Program-made: the position numbers and the translations under genes
DNA from: Candidatus Tayloriibacteriota bacterium
GTDB lineage: Bacteria > Patescibacteriota > Minisyncoccia > Phycocordibacterales > PALSA-1337
Reading direction: 5' to 3'
Assembly: GCA_943354385.1 (NCBI GenBank)
Contig: CALRBR010000001.1
Location: 2,942-66,941, forward strand
DNA: 64,000 nucleotides
Notes under the pieces: model-generated
Database searches by the model: none
The model's input: the letters and a program-made list of their open reading frames with translations, nothing else
What the model was told of the DNA's origin: nothing
Shown: positions 1-8,965 of the stretch, one piece after another
Layout of the letters: every line of letters begins with the position of its first letter
Numbering within the stretch: position 1 is the first letter of the stretch

Positions 1-724
1 GGAGTTCATTACTCGTCAGTTCGACCAGTACTCAATTGGTGCAATCGATAGTGCCAAAGAAGCAAGTCGTATCGATCCTCTCAACTATCAAAACAGGGCC
101 TCTCTCGGTCGTATTTTTGAAGCATTTGTTCCACTCGGAGTGACTGGAGCATATCAGGCTGCGACAAAAGTATATCTCGAGGCAGTAAAGCTCAATCCAA
201 ACAACCCAACACTTTTCCTCATTCTTGCTCGACTAGAAGTGACCAACAAAAAGCTAGCAGACGCTAAGAAATATATTGCTAAGGCTCTCGAAATAAAGCC
301 TGACTATGGTGAAGCGCTTTTCCTTAGGTCTCAGCTAGAATTATCAGAGGGGGATAGCAAGGCTGCAATTGCGACCATGATTACTGTGGCTTCTCTCTAT
401 CCAACAGATCCAAATGTGTTCTTCCGGCTTGGTCTATTGCAGTATAATAATAAAGACTATTCATCCGCAGTGCCATCTTTTGAGAGATCAGTCATTCTCT
501 ACAATTATTATTCCAACGCTCGATATTTCCTCGGACTTAGTTATGCAAATCTAAATCGGGACAAGGACGCGATCATCCAATTTGAAATTATTAAGAAAAT
601 TGATACGAATAGTAAGGGCGAAGTGGATCCAATTATCGCAAATCTAAAAGCCGGTCGCGCGGCTTTGGCAAAACCAGTAGTAGAAACAGTAGTAGAAACA
701 AAGACTAAGACCAAGAAAAATTAG
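1..724 (+). CDS. TPR-repeat protein, C-terminal part (reading frame open to window start)
   Basis: The frame is open from nt 2 with no stop codon. It contains repeated ~34-aa TPR-like units (AKALEIKPDYGEALFLRSQLEL etc.). The stop codon is at 722-724. Confidence 0.6.
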   Translation, partial: EFITRQFDQYSIGAIDSAKEASRIDPLNYQNRASLGRIFEAFVPLGVTGAYQAATKVYLEAVKLNPNNPTLFLILARLEVTNKKLADAKKYIAKALEIKPDYGEALFLRSQLELSEGDSKAAIATMITVASLYPTDPNVFFRLGLLQYNNKDYSSAVPSFERSVILYNYYSNARYFLGLSYANLNRDKDAIIQFEIIKKIDTNSKGEVDPIIANLKAGRAALAKPVVETVVETKTKTKKN

Positions 725-740
725 TTAGTTATCACAGATA

Positions 741-2423
741 ATGGTCAAAAAGATTTTAAATCTTTTGAGTAAAGAGATACGCGGACTCCATGAGGCTGCG
801 TATCTCTTAGGTTTTTGTGCTATTCTTGCCCAGCTTCTTTCTCTTGTTCGCGACAGGCTTTTCGCCTATTATTTTGGAGCAGGTCCAACACTAGATTTAT
901 ATTATTCTGCTTTTCGTATTCCAGACCTTATCTTTGTGACTATCGCGTCGATGGTTTCAATTTCAGTACTCGTGCCGTTTTTTATTGAGCGAGTGGAGAA
1001 AGATTTTGATGAAGGAAAACGCTTTATCAATAGTCTTTTTTCGACCTTCTGTATCAGTATCGTGCTTGTGAGTGTGATCGTGTTTTTCCTAGTGCCGTAC
1101 CTTTTACCGATATTTCTACCTGGCTTCAAGGGTAGTGCGCAGTTGCCAGAGCTGATCAATTTGACCCGTATATTATTACTTTCGCCAATACTTCTCGGTA
1201 TCTCAAATTTCTTGGCGAGTATTACGCAGATGTACAATAGGTTCTTTATATATGCGGTAAGCCCTCTTCTCTACAACTTTGGTATTGTATGCGGTACTGT
1301 GTTTTTATACCCACACTTTGGTGTATATGGGCTAGTGTATGGCGTTTTGTTTGGAGCTTTTCTCCATATGCTTATTCAGGTGCCTTTTGTAAAAAGTAAG
1401 GGTTTGCTCCCCTCATTTCGGTTTAAATTTGATTTAAAGCCGATTAAAGAAGTGGTCTTGGTTTCATTGCCTCGTACCCTTACTCTTTCCTCAAACCAGA
1501 TTGCTATCTTTTTCCTCATTGCCTTTGCGTCTCTTATGGGTATCGGTTCTATTTCTATTTTCAATTTTTCGCTCAATCTTCAGTCTGTCCCACTCGCTAT
1601 TATCGGAGTGAGCTATTCTTCGGCGGTATTTCCACTTTTAACCAGACTTTTTTCGGCCAAAAAATATGAAGAATTTGCCGAGCGCATGATCGTCTCGGCA
1701 CAGCATATTATTTTCTGGTCAGTGCCCGTCACGGTTTTGTTTATTGTGCTTCGTGCTCAGATTGTGCGCACTATTCTCGGCGCAGGGCAATTTAGTTGGT
1801 CAGATACTCGACTGACAGCTGCTTCACTCGCACTCTTTACGGTATCAGTAGTGGGTCAAAGCCTCGTGCTCCTTTTTGTCCGTGCATATTATTCTGGGGG
1901 AAAGACATGGAAGCCACTCGGTATCAATCTTTTTTCTTCGGCATTGATTGTGGTTTTGGCATACGGTCTCATCAAGCTTTTTGAGCAAGTCCCGCTATTT
2001 CAGTATTTTATAGAGTCATTGTTTAAAGTTTCTGATGTGTCGGGGACGGTAGTGCTCATGCTACCACTTGCATATTCTATCGGTGTCATGGTCAATACTG
2101 TTTTGCATTGGGTTGCTTTCCATCGAGATTTCAAAACCTCCTCAGCTCCCGTTGTCACTACTCTTTTTCAAAGTGTGTGTGCCTCGGTGATCATGGGGTA
2201 TGTGGCGTACTTGGGCTTAAATCTTTTTGACGCGATTTTCGACATCCGTACTTTGTGGGGTATTTTCTTGCAAGGTTTCTGTGCGGGTGTCATTGGTATT
2301 CTTGCTGGTGTTATTGTTTTGAAACTCCTGGACAGTAGGGAATTGGCAGAGGTGTGGAAGACGCTACATCAAAAGATTTGGAAAGTGAAGGTGCTTCCAG
2401 AAGAAGTTCACACATTGAGCTAA
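741..2423 (+). CDS. murJ: lipid II flippase MurJ/MviN family
   Basis: 560-aa polytopic membrane protein. Its N-terminus (LLGFCAILAQLLSLVRDRLFAYYFGAGPTLDLYYSAFRIPDLIF) matches the conserved MurJ N-terminal region. Confidence 0.85.
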   Translation: MVKKILNLLSKEIRGLHEAAYLLGFCAILAQLLSLVRDRLFAYYFGAGPTLDLYYSAFRIPDLIFVTIASMVSISVLVPFFIERVEKDFDEGKRFINSLFSTFCISIVLVSVIVFFLVPYLLPIFLPGFKGSAQLPELINLTRILLLSPILLGISNFLASITQMYNRFFIYAVSPLLYNFGIVCGTVFLYPHFGVYGLVYGVLFGAFLHMLIQVPFVKSKGLLPSFRFKFDLKPIKEVVLVSLPRTLTLSSNQIAIFFLIAFASLMGIGSISIFNFSLNLQSVPLAIIGVSYSSAVFPLLTRLFSAKKYEEFAERMIVSAQHIIFWSVPVTVLFIVLRAQIVRTILGAGQFSWSDTRLTAASLALFTVSVVGQSLVLLFVRAYYSGGKTWKPLGINLFSSALIVVLAYGLIKLFEQVPLFQYFIESLFKVSDVSGTVVLMLPLAYSIGVMVNTVLHWVAFHRDFKTSSAPVVTTLFQSVCASVIMGYVAYLGLNLFDAIFDIRTLWGIFLQGFCAGVIGILAGVIVLKLLDSRELAEVWKTLHQKIWKVKVLPEEVHTLS

Positions 2424-2489
2424 GTGGTCCCGATTATGATCTGAGAATGTTTGGTATTTTTACTCATTTCTGCTAGTATGAGTCCACTT

Positions 2490-4286
2490 ATGGAACTCAA
2501 GCATATACGCAATTTTAGTATTATTGCTCACATAGATCATGGCAAGTCGACTCTTGCCGATCGTATGCTTGAAATCACCAATACTATTGAAAAGCGCAAA
2601 ATGCAGGAGCAGGTGCTCGATAGTATGGAGCTCGAGCGGGAGCGAGGTATCACCATCAAAATGCAACCAGTACGCATGAAGTATCTTATGGATGGACAGG
2701 AATATATTTTGAACCTCATTGATACACCTGGGCACATCGACTTTTCGTATGAAGTGTCTCGAGCACTGAAGGCAGTAGAGGGTTCTATTTTGCTTGTCGA
2801 TGCAACACAGGGTGTGCAAGCGCAGACGATGACGACGCTCAACATGGCGCGAGAATCTGGGCTGACCATTATTCCCGTCATCAGTAAGATTGACTCACCG
2901 CTGGCCCGGGTGGCCGATGTGAAGGGAGAAGTGTCAAAATTACTCGGCGTCTCTTTCGACGACATTTTGGAAGTGTCTGGTAAGACGGGGCAAAATGTAG
3001 ACCTACTTTTGAAAGAGGTGATTCGCCGTGTGCCGGCGCCACATATTCCTGTAGGTGCGGAAAAAGCCTTTCAGTCCTTGGTGTTTGATTTTCAATACTC
3101 GAGCCATCGTGGGGTGATTGTGTATATTAGAGTGTTGTCGGGGAAAGTGTCTCGTAATACTGCACTGATTTTTAAGGTAGCAAATGAAACTTTTAATGCG
3201 ATCGAGGTGGGCATTTTTTCTCCACAGGAAGTGCCGATGGAATCTATTGGGGCAGGAGAGATTGGCTATATTGTGACAGGTATCAAACAGCCCGGTATTG
3301 CTTCGGTGGGAGATACGGTGGCATATGAGCGTGACACTTTGCCACCGCTTTCGGGATACATGAAGCCAAAGCCGGTGGTGTGGGCGTCGGTGTATCCTGA
3401 GGGGCAAGACGACTTCACTCTCCTCAAGCAGGCGCTCGGACGTCTCTGTCTTTCTGACTCATCGTTTACTCATGAGGAAGAGTCATCGGGCTCTCTTGGG
3501 AGAGGCTTTCGATGTGGTTTTCTCGGTATGCTTCATTTGGAGATCATCACTGAGCGTTTGCGACGAGAGTTTAACCTCGAGCTTATTGTCACCACGCCAA
3601 GTATTACTTATGAGATAGAATATCTAAATGGTAAAAGGGAGGTGGTCTATTCTCCCTCACGTTTTCCTGATGGTCATTTAATAAAGACGGTTTTTGAGCC
3701 GTGGGTGGATATTCGTATTATTGTCCCGGCTCAGTACCTTGGAGCTTTGATGCAGGCTTTGTATGAACACGAAGCGGAAATCGGTGATTCTGAAAACTTT
3801 GGAGACAATAGAAATGCGTTGACTATCAAAATGCCTTTGCGTGAGCTGATGCGTAACTTTTTTGATGAGGTAAAAAGTATTACATCTGGATATGCATCTA
3901 TTTCATATGAGCTCGGTGAGATGCGGGTGGCGGATGTTGTGCGACTAGATATCCTTGTGGCCGAGGAAGTGGTGGTGGCTTTTTCTCGAGTGGTGTCAAA
4001 GAGGCGGGTGCAGGAGGAGGCAGAGCAGGCGGTGGGGAAACTCTATAAAGTGCTTCCTCGGCAAATGTTTACTACTAAAATACAAGGTGTTGCGCTCGGC
4101 AGGATTCTTTCTTCCGAGACATTGACTGCGCTACGCAAAGATGTGACTCAGCATATGTACGGAGGAGATATTACTCGAAAAATGAAGCTTCGTGAAAAAC
4201 AGAAAAAAGGTAAAAAACGAATGCAAGAAAGTGGTAAGGTAAATATTCCCCATGATGTGTTTCTGAAGATGGTGAAGAGTGAGTAA
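2490..4286 (+). CDS. lepA: elongation factor 4 (LepA)
   Basis: MELKHIRNFSIIAHIDHGKSTLADR matches the E. coli LepA N-terminus. It has GTPase G-motifs (DTPGHIDF) and a LepA-type C-terminus. The start is moved to the ATG at 2490 within ORF 2451-4286. Confidence 0.9.
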   Translation: MELKHIRNFSIIAHIDHGKSTLADRMLEITNTIEKRKMQEQVLDSMELERERGITIKMQPVRMKYLMDGQEYILNLIDTPGHIDFSYEVSRALKAVEGSILLVDATQGVQAQTMTTLNMARESGLTIIPVISKIDSPLARVADVKGEVSKLLGVSFDDILEVSGKTGQNVDLLLKEVIRRVPAPHIPVGAEKAFQSLVFDFQYSSHRGVIVYIRVLSGKVSRNTALIFKVANETFNAIEVGIFSPQEVPMESIGAGEIGYIVTGIKQPGIASVGDTVAYERDTLPPLSGYMKPKPVVWASVYPEGQDDFTLLKQALGRLCLSDSSFTHEEESSGSLGRGFRCGFLGMLHLEIITERLRREFNLELIVTTPSITYEIEYLNGKREVVYSPSRFPDGHLIKTVFEPWVDIRIIVPAQYLGALMQALYEHEAEIGDSENFGDNRNALTIKMPLRELMRNFFDEVKSITSGYASISYELGEMRVADVVRLDILVAEEVVVAFSRVVSKRRVQEEAEQAVGKLYKVLPRQMFTTKIQGVALGRILSSETLTALRKDVTQHMYGGDITRKMKLREKQKKGKKRMQESGKVNIPHDVFLKMVKSE

Positions 4287-4489
4287 GTTGTCCGAAATTA
4301 TAAAATTCCTATAAATTTCTTTCTCAGCGTATCTTTCTAGTGGTACGAATAAATTCCTGCTGGAATTTTTCTCAGTCTCGGCTACCCGCCTTTCGAAGCC
4401 CACTAGAAAGATATGCTTTCGACGAAATTTATAAGAATTTTGTAATTTTGATAAGGGTGGTGGCAGAGGGGAGAATGCGACGATTTTAA

Positions 4490-4534
4490 GCCACGCTAAA
4501 CGGCTAAACACTGTGTTTAGCCGTTTAGCGTGGC
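4490..4534. repeat. perfect 45-bp palindrome (21-bp arms, 2-nt centre) with no following T-tract
   Basis: gccacgctaaacggctaaacac tg tgtttagccgtttagcgtggc, read directly. It lies in the 646-bp lepA-ftsB-like spacer. Confidence 0.8.
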
Positions 4535-4796
4535 TCTACTGAGACGTTTATAAAAAGTGACCTTGTTGAGCTATATTTGGCTATAGCCCCAGTCGTAAAA
4601 GGTGGACTTGGCTGTTTTAAATCGGGGATTTTTCTGTTTATCTATTGATACAAGAATGGAGAGTACAACATAATCATACTAATAATGATGAGTACACAGA
4701 TAATAATAGAAACGACATTGAGTACTTTCTTGGTTTTTTGGTGGAATAACATGGATATTTTTTTGGTATTATTGTAATAGATTCTAGTATATAATA

Positions 4797-4922
4797 TAGG
4801 ACTTACGCAATCGGCGCACTTCTTCGTTATTTCGGTCGTTTGCTCCCGTAACGTATTGTTATACGTTTTGGTCGCAAGCCTCGCTCGCGCCTCGAATTGC
4901 ATCCAATTACGTAAGTCCTATA
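4797..4922. other. 126-nt nested inverted-repeat structure (candidate structured RNA or attenuator)
   Basis: Outer arms are tataggacttacg...cgtaagtcctata. Second-level arms are gcaatcggcgc/gcgcctcgaattgc. There is an inner hairpin acgtattgttatacgt. Confidence 0.4.
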
Positions 4923-4932
4923 ATAACACATT

Positions 4933-5304
4933 ATGCTCGAATTTCAAGTTAAAAAACGAGTCAAAAAGATTCTCTATTCACGGGCGATGTTTGTGGTGCT
5001 AATTGTTCTCGTGGCGCTGGCTGGTCGGGCGACTTGGGGGGTGTATCAGAAAGAGAAGATTAGTCAGCTCAATCTGGATAGATTACAAGCAGAGATCACT
5101 GAGCTCAAAGGACGTGAAGAGTATATTACGTCTGGTATCGATCGTCTGGGCACAGACCGAGGAATTGAAGAGGAGATCCGGCAAAAATTTAAGGTGGTAA
5201 AAGATGGTGAGGTGATGGCTATTTTGATGGATGACGAAATGGCTATTACTGCTTCCTCGACTGAAAAAGGTTTTTGGTCTACAGTCGTTGATGTGTTTAG
5301 GTAA
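4933..5304 (+). CDS. septum formation initiator family protein (FtsB/DivIC-like)
   Basis: N-terminal TM helix, coiled-coil segment (LNLDRLQAEITELKGREEYI) and a C-terminal IEEEIRQKFKVVKDGEVMAIL motif resembling FtsB. Confidence 0.55.
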   Translation: MLEFQVKKRVKKILYSRAMFVVLIVLVALAGRATWGVYQKEKISQLNLDRLQAEITELKGREEYITSGIDRLGTDRGIEEEIRQKFKVVKDGEVMAILMDDEMAITASSTEKGFWSTVVDVFR

Positions 5305-5354
5305 GATGGCATGGTGACTCTGGCGGGCTTTGCTATGACGAAGCTTCAGCGAAG

Positions 5355-5425
5355 GCGAGTGTAGTATAGTGGTAATACGTGTGCTTCCCAAGCATATGAC
5401 GCGGGTCCGATTCCCGCCACTCGCA
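5355..5425 (+). tRNA. tRNA-Gly(CCC)
   Basis: Manual cloverleaf. Acceptor GCGAGTG/CACTCGC, D-arm GTAT-AGTGGTA-ATAC, anticodon loop TTCCCAA, T-arm GCGGG-TCCGATT-CCCGC, discriminator A. No encoded CCA. Confidence 0.85.
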
Positions 5426-5602
5426 CAAAATGAGCGTAGCGATTTTTAAGAGTAGCTGGAATCGGACCGGAAAGGGGTCGGGAAAAATGGCGTTTTCCCG
5501 TGGAGGAAGGATTGGGAGAACCTCGGCCCATCGGTAGATGATGTGCACCTGTAGACGGGGTTCCCCAGGCGTTCGATAATGAAATGTCCCGCCACTAGCA
5601 CA
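5426..5602 (+). repeat. tRNA-trailer composite element A (conserved core GGAAAGGGGTCGGG plus a hairpin plus GTGGAGGAA); ends in a 16-nt duplicate of the tRNA-Gly 3' end
   Basis: The core is shared with copies at 8718-8790, 13534-13613, 51896-51975(-) and 61240-61400(-). tcccgccactagcaca at 5587-5602 matches tcccgccactcgcaca at 5412-5427. Confidence 0.7.
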
Positions 5603-5639
5603 AAAAAGAGGAGTATTTTTTGCTATACTTACTCCACCA

Positions 5640-6899
5640 ATGTCCATCCAGTCTGAAATTAAAAAAGCTCGAAAAACAAAAGTAATTTTCCACATCGATG
5701 GAGATGCGTTTTTTGTCGGTGTTGAAGTTGCTAAAAATCCAAAGCTCAAAGGTCTCCCAGTAGTGACTGGAGAGGAAAGGGGGATTGTTTCCGCACTATC
5801 CTACGAGGCAAAGGCACTTGGTGTGTTGCGTGGTATGCCTATATTTAAAATTAAAAAAGATTTTCCAAAAGTAATTATTCTACCGGGTGACTATGCTTCA
5901 TATGCACGTTATTCAAGCCTTATGTTTGATATTGTGCGCCGATATGTGGATGATGTAGAAGAGTACAGTATTGATGAATGTTTCGGAGATCTCACCGGAC
6001 TTGATCGGCCATTAAAAATGACCTACCTGCAAATAGCTGAGAAAATTAAAAATGAAATAAATGCGGAGTTACAGCTCAGTGTATCTATCGGTATTGCGCC
6101 TACAAAAGTACTTGCCAAGCTGGCTTCAAAGTGGATAAAACCAAATGGTCTGACTTTGATAGACATAAAAACAGCCCAAGATTTTCTCGCAAAAACACCA
6201 ATAGAGAAGATCTGGGGTATCGGACCACAAACCTCAGATTTTTTAAAAAGACGAGGTATGGACACCGCGAAGGATTTTGTGAGCAAAGACCTTGCTTGGA
6301 TAAAACATAATCTCTCTAAACCATACGAGGTGATCTGGCAAGAACTTTCTGGTGTATCCATGATGCATATCGATCCGGTACAAAAGACGGTCTATTCTTC
6401 AGTGCAGAAAACTAGATCATTTCACCCTACTACCAATGATAAAGCCTTCCTTTTTTCACAGATTTCAAAACACATAGAAGATGCGTGCACCAAAGCTCGG
6501 CACTTTCACCTGGCCCCGAAAAAGATATCTATTTTTTTTAAGGACAAAAATTTTAAATTTACCACGGCTTCAATTCCTGTTTCGTCACCGACCAATGCTC
6601 CAGAGATATTGATTTCTCTTGTAAAAAAACAGTTTGAGAAAATGCATACCCCTAGGACTCTCTATCGTACTACTGGCGTTGTACTGCAAGACCTTGTTTC
6701 GGGTCTAGTATCGCAAAGCGACTTGTTTGGCGGTACTGACGAGGCCCACAAATTTGAACGCATACATGAGCAGATTGATTCACTCGAAAATAAATTTGGC
6801 CGACGAGTTGTTTATCTCGCGTCTACACACAAGGCTTTAAAGCAAAAGAAGGTGGGTACTGATTCTGATGACCTGGATAGAAACCTCTTGTTTCTATGA
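5640..6899 (+). CDS. dinB: DNA polymerase IV (Y-family, DinB)
   Basis: VIFHIDGDAFFVGVEV matches the DinB catalytic motif (HVDMDCFFAAVE). Palm, fingers and little-finger regions are present. Confidence 0.85.
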   Translation: MSIQSEIKKARKTKVIFHIDGDAFFVGVEVAKNPKLKGLPVVTGEERGIVSALSYEAKALGVLRGMPIFKIKKDFPKVIILPGDYASYARYSSLMFDIVRRYVDDVEEYSIDECFGDLTGLDRPLKMTYLQIAEKIKNEINAELQLSVSIGIAPTKVLAKLASKWIKPNGLTLIDIKTAQDFLAKTPIEKIWGIGPQTSDFLKRRGMDTAKDFVSKDLAWIKHNLSKPYEVIWQELSGVSMMHIDPVQKTVYSSVQKTRSFHPTTNDKAFLFSQISKHIEDACTKARHFHLAPKKISIFFKDKNFKFTTASIPVSSPTNAPEILISLVKKQFEKMHTPRTLYRTTGVVLQDLVSGLVSQSDLFGGTDEAHKFERIHEQIDSLENKFGRRVVYLASTHKALKQKKVGTDSDDLDRNLLFL

Positions 6900-6976
6900 C
6901 CCCCAATCAGCAAGGACAGTCCTTGCTAGCCAACAGAGTCTTTGGTATTTCAATTAGAAAATGCTAAAATAAGAAT

Positions 6977-8056
6977 ATGAAAAATTCACAAAAAGGGTTC
7001 ATTATGCTCTTGCCGATAATCATCGTAGTCGTAGTTGTAGGTGGTGGAATTTATTTATTCTCTCAAAACAGGCCTTTTGCAGGTACACCAAAAACACAAG
7101 TTTCTGGCACCACTCAAACGTCCCTGAGTTTCAATGACTCAGATTTAAGGATATTAGCTACGCGTATCTCAGATTCTGTAAATAGTGCCCCTGTATTTAA
7201 TACGATAAAGTCTGACGTAATCACAAAGACCGATCAAACCTTTCTAGTTAAATATTTGGGTAGATACTCATCCAATAGTCTTCCACCCATTGAGGAATCA
7301 CAAAAGATACTCGCCACATATTCCAACTTACTTGATATTTTTGATACCAATGTAAAAAAGCAATACCAATGTTTGTTCACATTGGGTGATGTTTGTTCAC
7401 TACAGTCGATAAGGAATATTCAAAACATTATAGGTCTTCGTGCAGTTACCTTTTTTCAGCAAAATAAATCTAGTGAGGCACAAAGCACAGCGTATGACAT
7501 TGTGTCTTTGGGTAGGAGTATAACTACTAATGCTGATAGTGCGAATACTTTGCTTGTTGGATGGTCTGTTCAAAATTTGGGCTATGATATTCTTACTACG
7601 ATCAAGCAAAAAGGAATAATTTCTGTAAATGACAAATTAGCTTTAATCGCCAATCTTCGAAAAGAGCAGAAAAAAGTTTTGCAGTATATGTATACAGGTA
7701 CGGCTGATGAAATTGATTACATTACTTCTCCGAACAATAAACCATCAAGACAACTTGATCATGACGAAGAAGATCTCGTAAATACTTATCGAAAAGGTGC
7801 TTCTGCAAATCCAACTGCTTGGAATCCCACAGAAACAAAAAAGTTTTTTTATTCCTCATACAAGATCGCTTTATCGAATGTTGATCTTGCTTGTGGGTCA
7901 ACTCCTGTGGACAGTATGCTAAATTTCGATTTTGATCCACAAAATCAACAGACTGAAAACTATGTAGGTAAGATGTTATATGCCACCACTTATGCTTCCT
8001 TAGACACCATGAGTCAAAAACGTTGTGTCATAGAGAATCTTATTCAGAATTTATAA
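6977..8056 (+). CDS. hypothetical membrane-anchored extracellular protein
   Basis: 359-aa ORF with an N-terminal TM helix (LLPIIIVVVVVGGGIYLF). The region is low-GC. No motif was recognised. Confidence 0.4.
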   Translation: MKNSQKGFIMLLPIIIVVVVVGGGIYLFSQNRPFAGTPKTQVSGTTQTSLSFNDSDLRILATRISDSVNSAPVFNTIKSDVITKTDQTFLVKYLGRYSSNSLPPIEESQKILATYSNLLDIFDTNVKKQYQCLFTLGDVCSLQSIRNIQNIIGLRAVTFFQQNKSSEAQSTAYDIVSLGRSITTNADSANTLLVGWSVQNLGYDILTTIKQKGIISVNDKLALIANLRKEQKKVLQYMYTGTADEIDYITSPNNKPSRQLDHDEEDLVNTYRKGASANPTAWNPTETKKFFYSSYKIALSNVDLACGSTPVDSMLNFDFDPQNQQTENYVGKMLYATTYASLDTMSQKRCVIENLIQNL

Positions 8057-8116
8057 AATACTAGGACGCCTATTAAAATCTTTGTGCTATAATATAATTA
8101 TATAAGCTAAAAATAT

Positions 8117-8350
8117 ATGAAAAAAATAACAATATACTCAACTCCAACGTGTCACTATTGCAATATGGCAAAAGATTTTTTTAAGGAAAATAAAATTGCA
8201 TATACAGAAGCTAATGTGGCGACTGATCTTGCAAAGAGAAGCGAGATGGTAGAGAGGAGTGGGCAGATGGGGGTGCCAGTGATAGATATTGATGGAGAGA
8301 TTATGGTGGGTTTTGATAAATCAGCTCTCTCGAAGGCTCTTGGGATGTAA
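8117..8350 (+). CDS. glutaredoxin-like small redox protein (CxxC)
   Basis: 77 aa. IYSTPTCHYCNMAKDFF carries a CxxC site in thioredoxin-fold context, and there is a C-terminal GVPVIDIDGE motif typical of Grx/NrdH. Confidence 0.7.
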   Translation: MKKITIYSTPTCHYCNMAKDFFKENKIAYTEANVATDLAKRSEMVERSGQMGVPVIDIDGEIMVGFDKSALSKALGM

Positions 8351-8363
8351 AAGGTGGAATAAA

Positions 8364-8400
8364 AGCCCCGCGGACGTACTCGTCCGCGGGGCTTTTAAAT
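8364..8400 (+). terminator. rho-independent terminator
   Basis: GC-rich hairpin agccccgcggacg-tact-cgtccgcggggct followed by TTTTAAATTT. Confidence 0.8.
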
Positions 8401-8450
8401 TTAGTAAAAAATGGTATAGTCTTGTGACAGAGCTTGTGTGTTCTGTACCC

Positions 8451-8590
8451 ATTCTCCCTTTAGGAAAGGCCGTCCACAGGTGTCGATCACAAACGATCGA
8501 CTCTGCACCGACAGTACTCTGGCGCGGAGGGATTTAAAATTTAAATCCCTCGGCTTGAAGCCTGCTCCCTTTAGAAAAGGGAGAATAATA
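8451..8590. repeat. modular hairpin repeat cluster R1 (CTCCCTTT..AAAGGGAG, GTCGATC..GATCGAC and GGAGGGATTT..AAATCCCTCC modules)
   Basis: The modules recur at 32243-32350, 33100-33313, 40963-41140, 50641-50672 and 56674-56805. Confidence 0.75.
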
Positions 8591-8596
8591 CAAATC

Positions 8597-8669
8597 GCTC
8601 CCGTAGTTCAATTGGATAGAACGGACCGTTCCTAATGGTTTGATGTCGGTTCAATTCCGGCCGGGAGCA
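8597..8669 (+). tRNA. tRNA-Arg(CCT)
   Basis: Acceptor GCTCCCG/CGGGAGC, D-arm GTTC-AATTGGATA-GAAC, anticodon loop TTCCTAA, T-arm GTCGG-TTCAATT-CCGGC, discriminator A. Confidence 0.85.
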
Positions 8670-8943
8670 CAGCATAAAAAGTATTTTTTGTGCTGTGCGA
8701 ATGGTCGGAATTGAACCGGAAAGGGGTCGGGAAAACAGGCGTTTTCCCGTGGAGGAAAACAACGAGTATTGGAGTGTTAGAAACCGTGGGCTGTACACCG
8801 AATGCTTGGAGGTGTACAGAGACGGAGACTGTCGAGTCGAGTCCGGGTCGGGGACATTTTTAGTAAAAAATGATTCCTGACTCGTAAGAGCCCTGAGTGA
8901 AGCGATGGGCGAGTTCAATAGCGAAGCGTCCGGCCGGGAGCAC
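8670..8943 (+). repeat. tRNA-trailer composite element B; bounded by a 15-nt duplicate of the tRNA-Arg 3' end
   Basis: It starts with an inverted copy of the tRNA T-arm (TCGGAATTGAACCGG). The conserved core is at 8718-8790. tccggccgggagcac at 8929-8943 equals 8656-8670. Confidence 0.7.
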
Positions 8944-8965
8944 CCAATTGTGTATTGTATTTCTT

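Noticed and set aside
8897-8965. Upstream extensions of murC (ORF start 8897) and of the aminotransferase (ORF start 59830)
   Set aside because: The extensions run through the tRNA-trailer repeat and the duplicated tRNA 3' end. Conserved N-termini begin at the internal ATGs (8966 and 59893).
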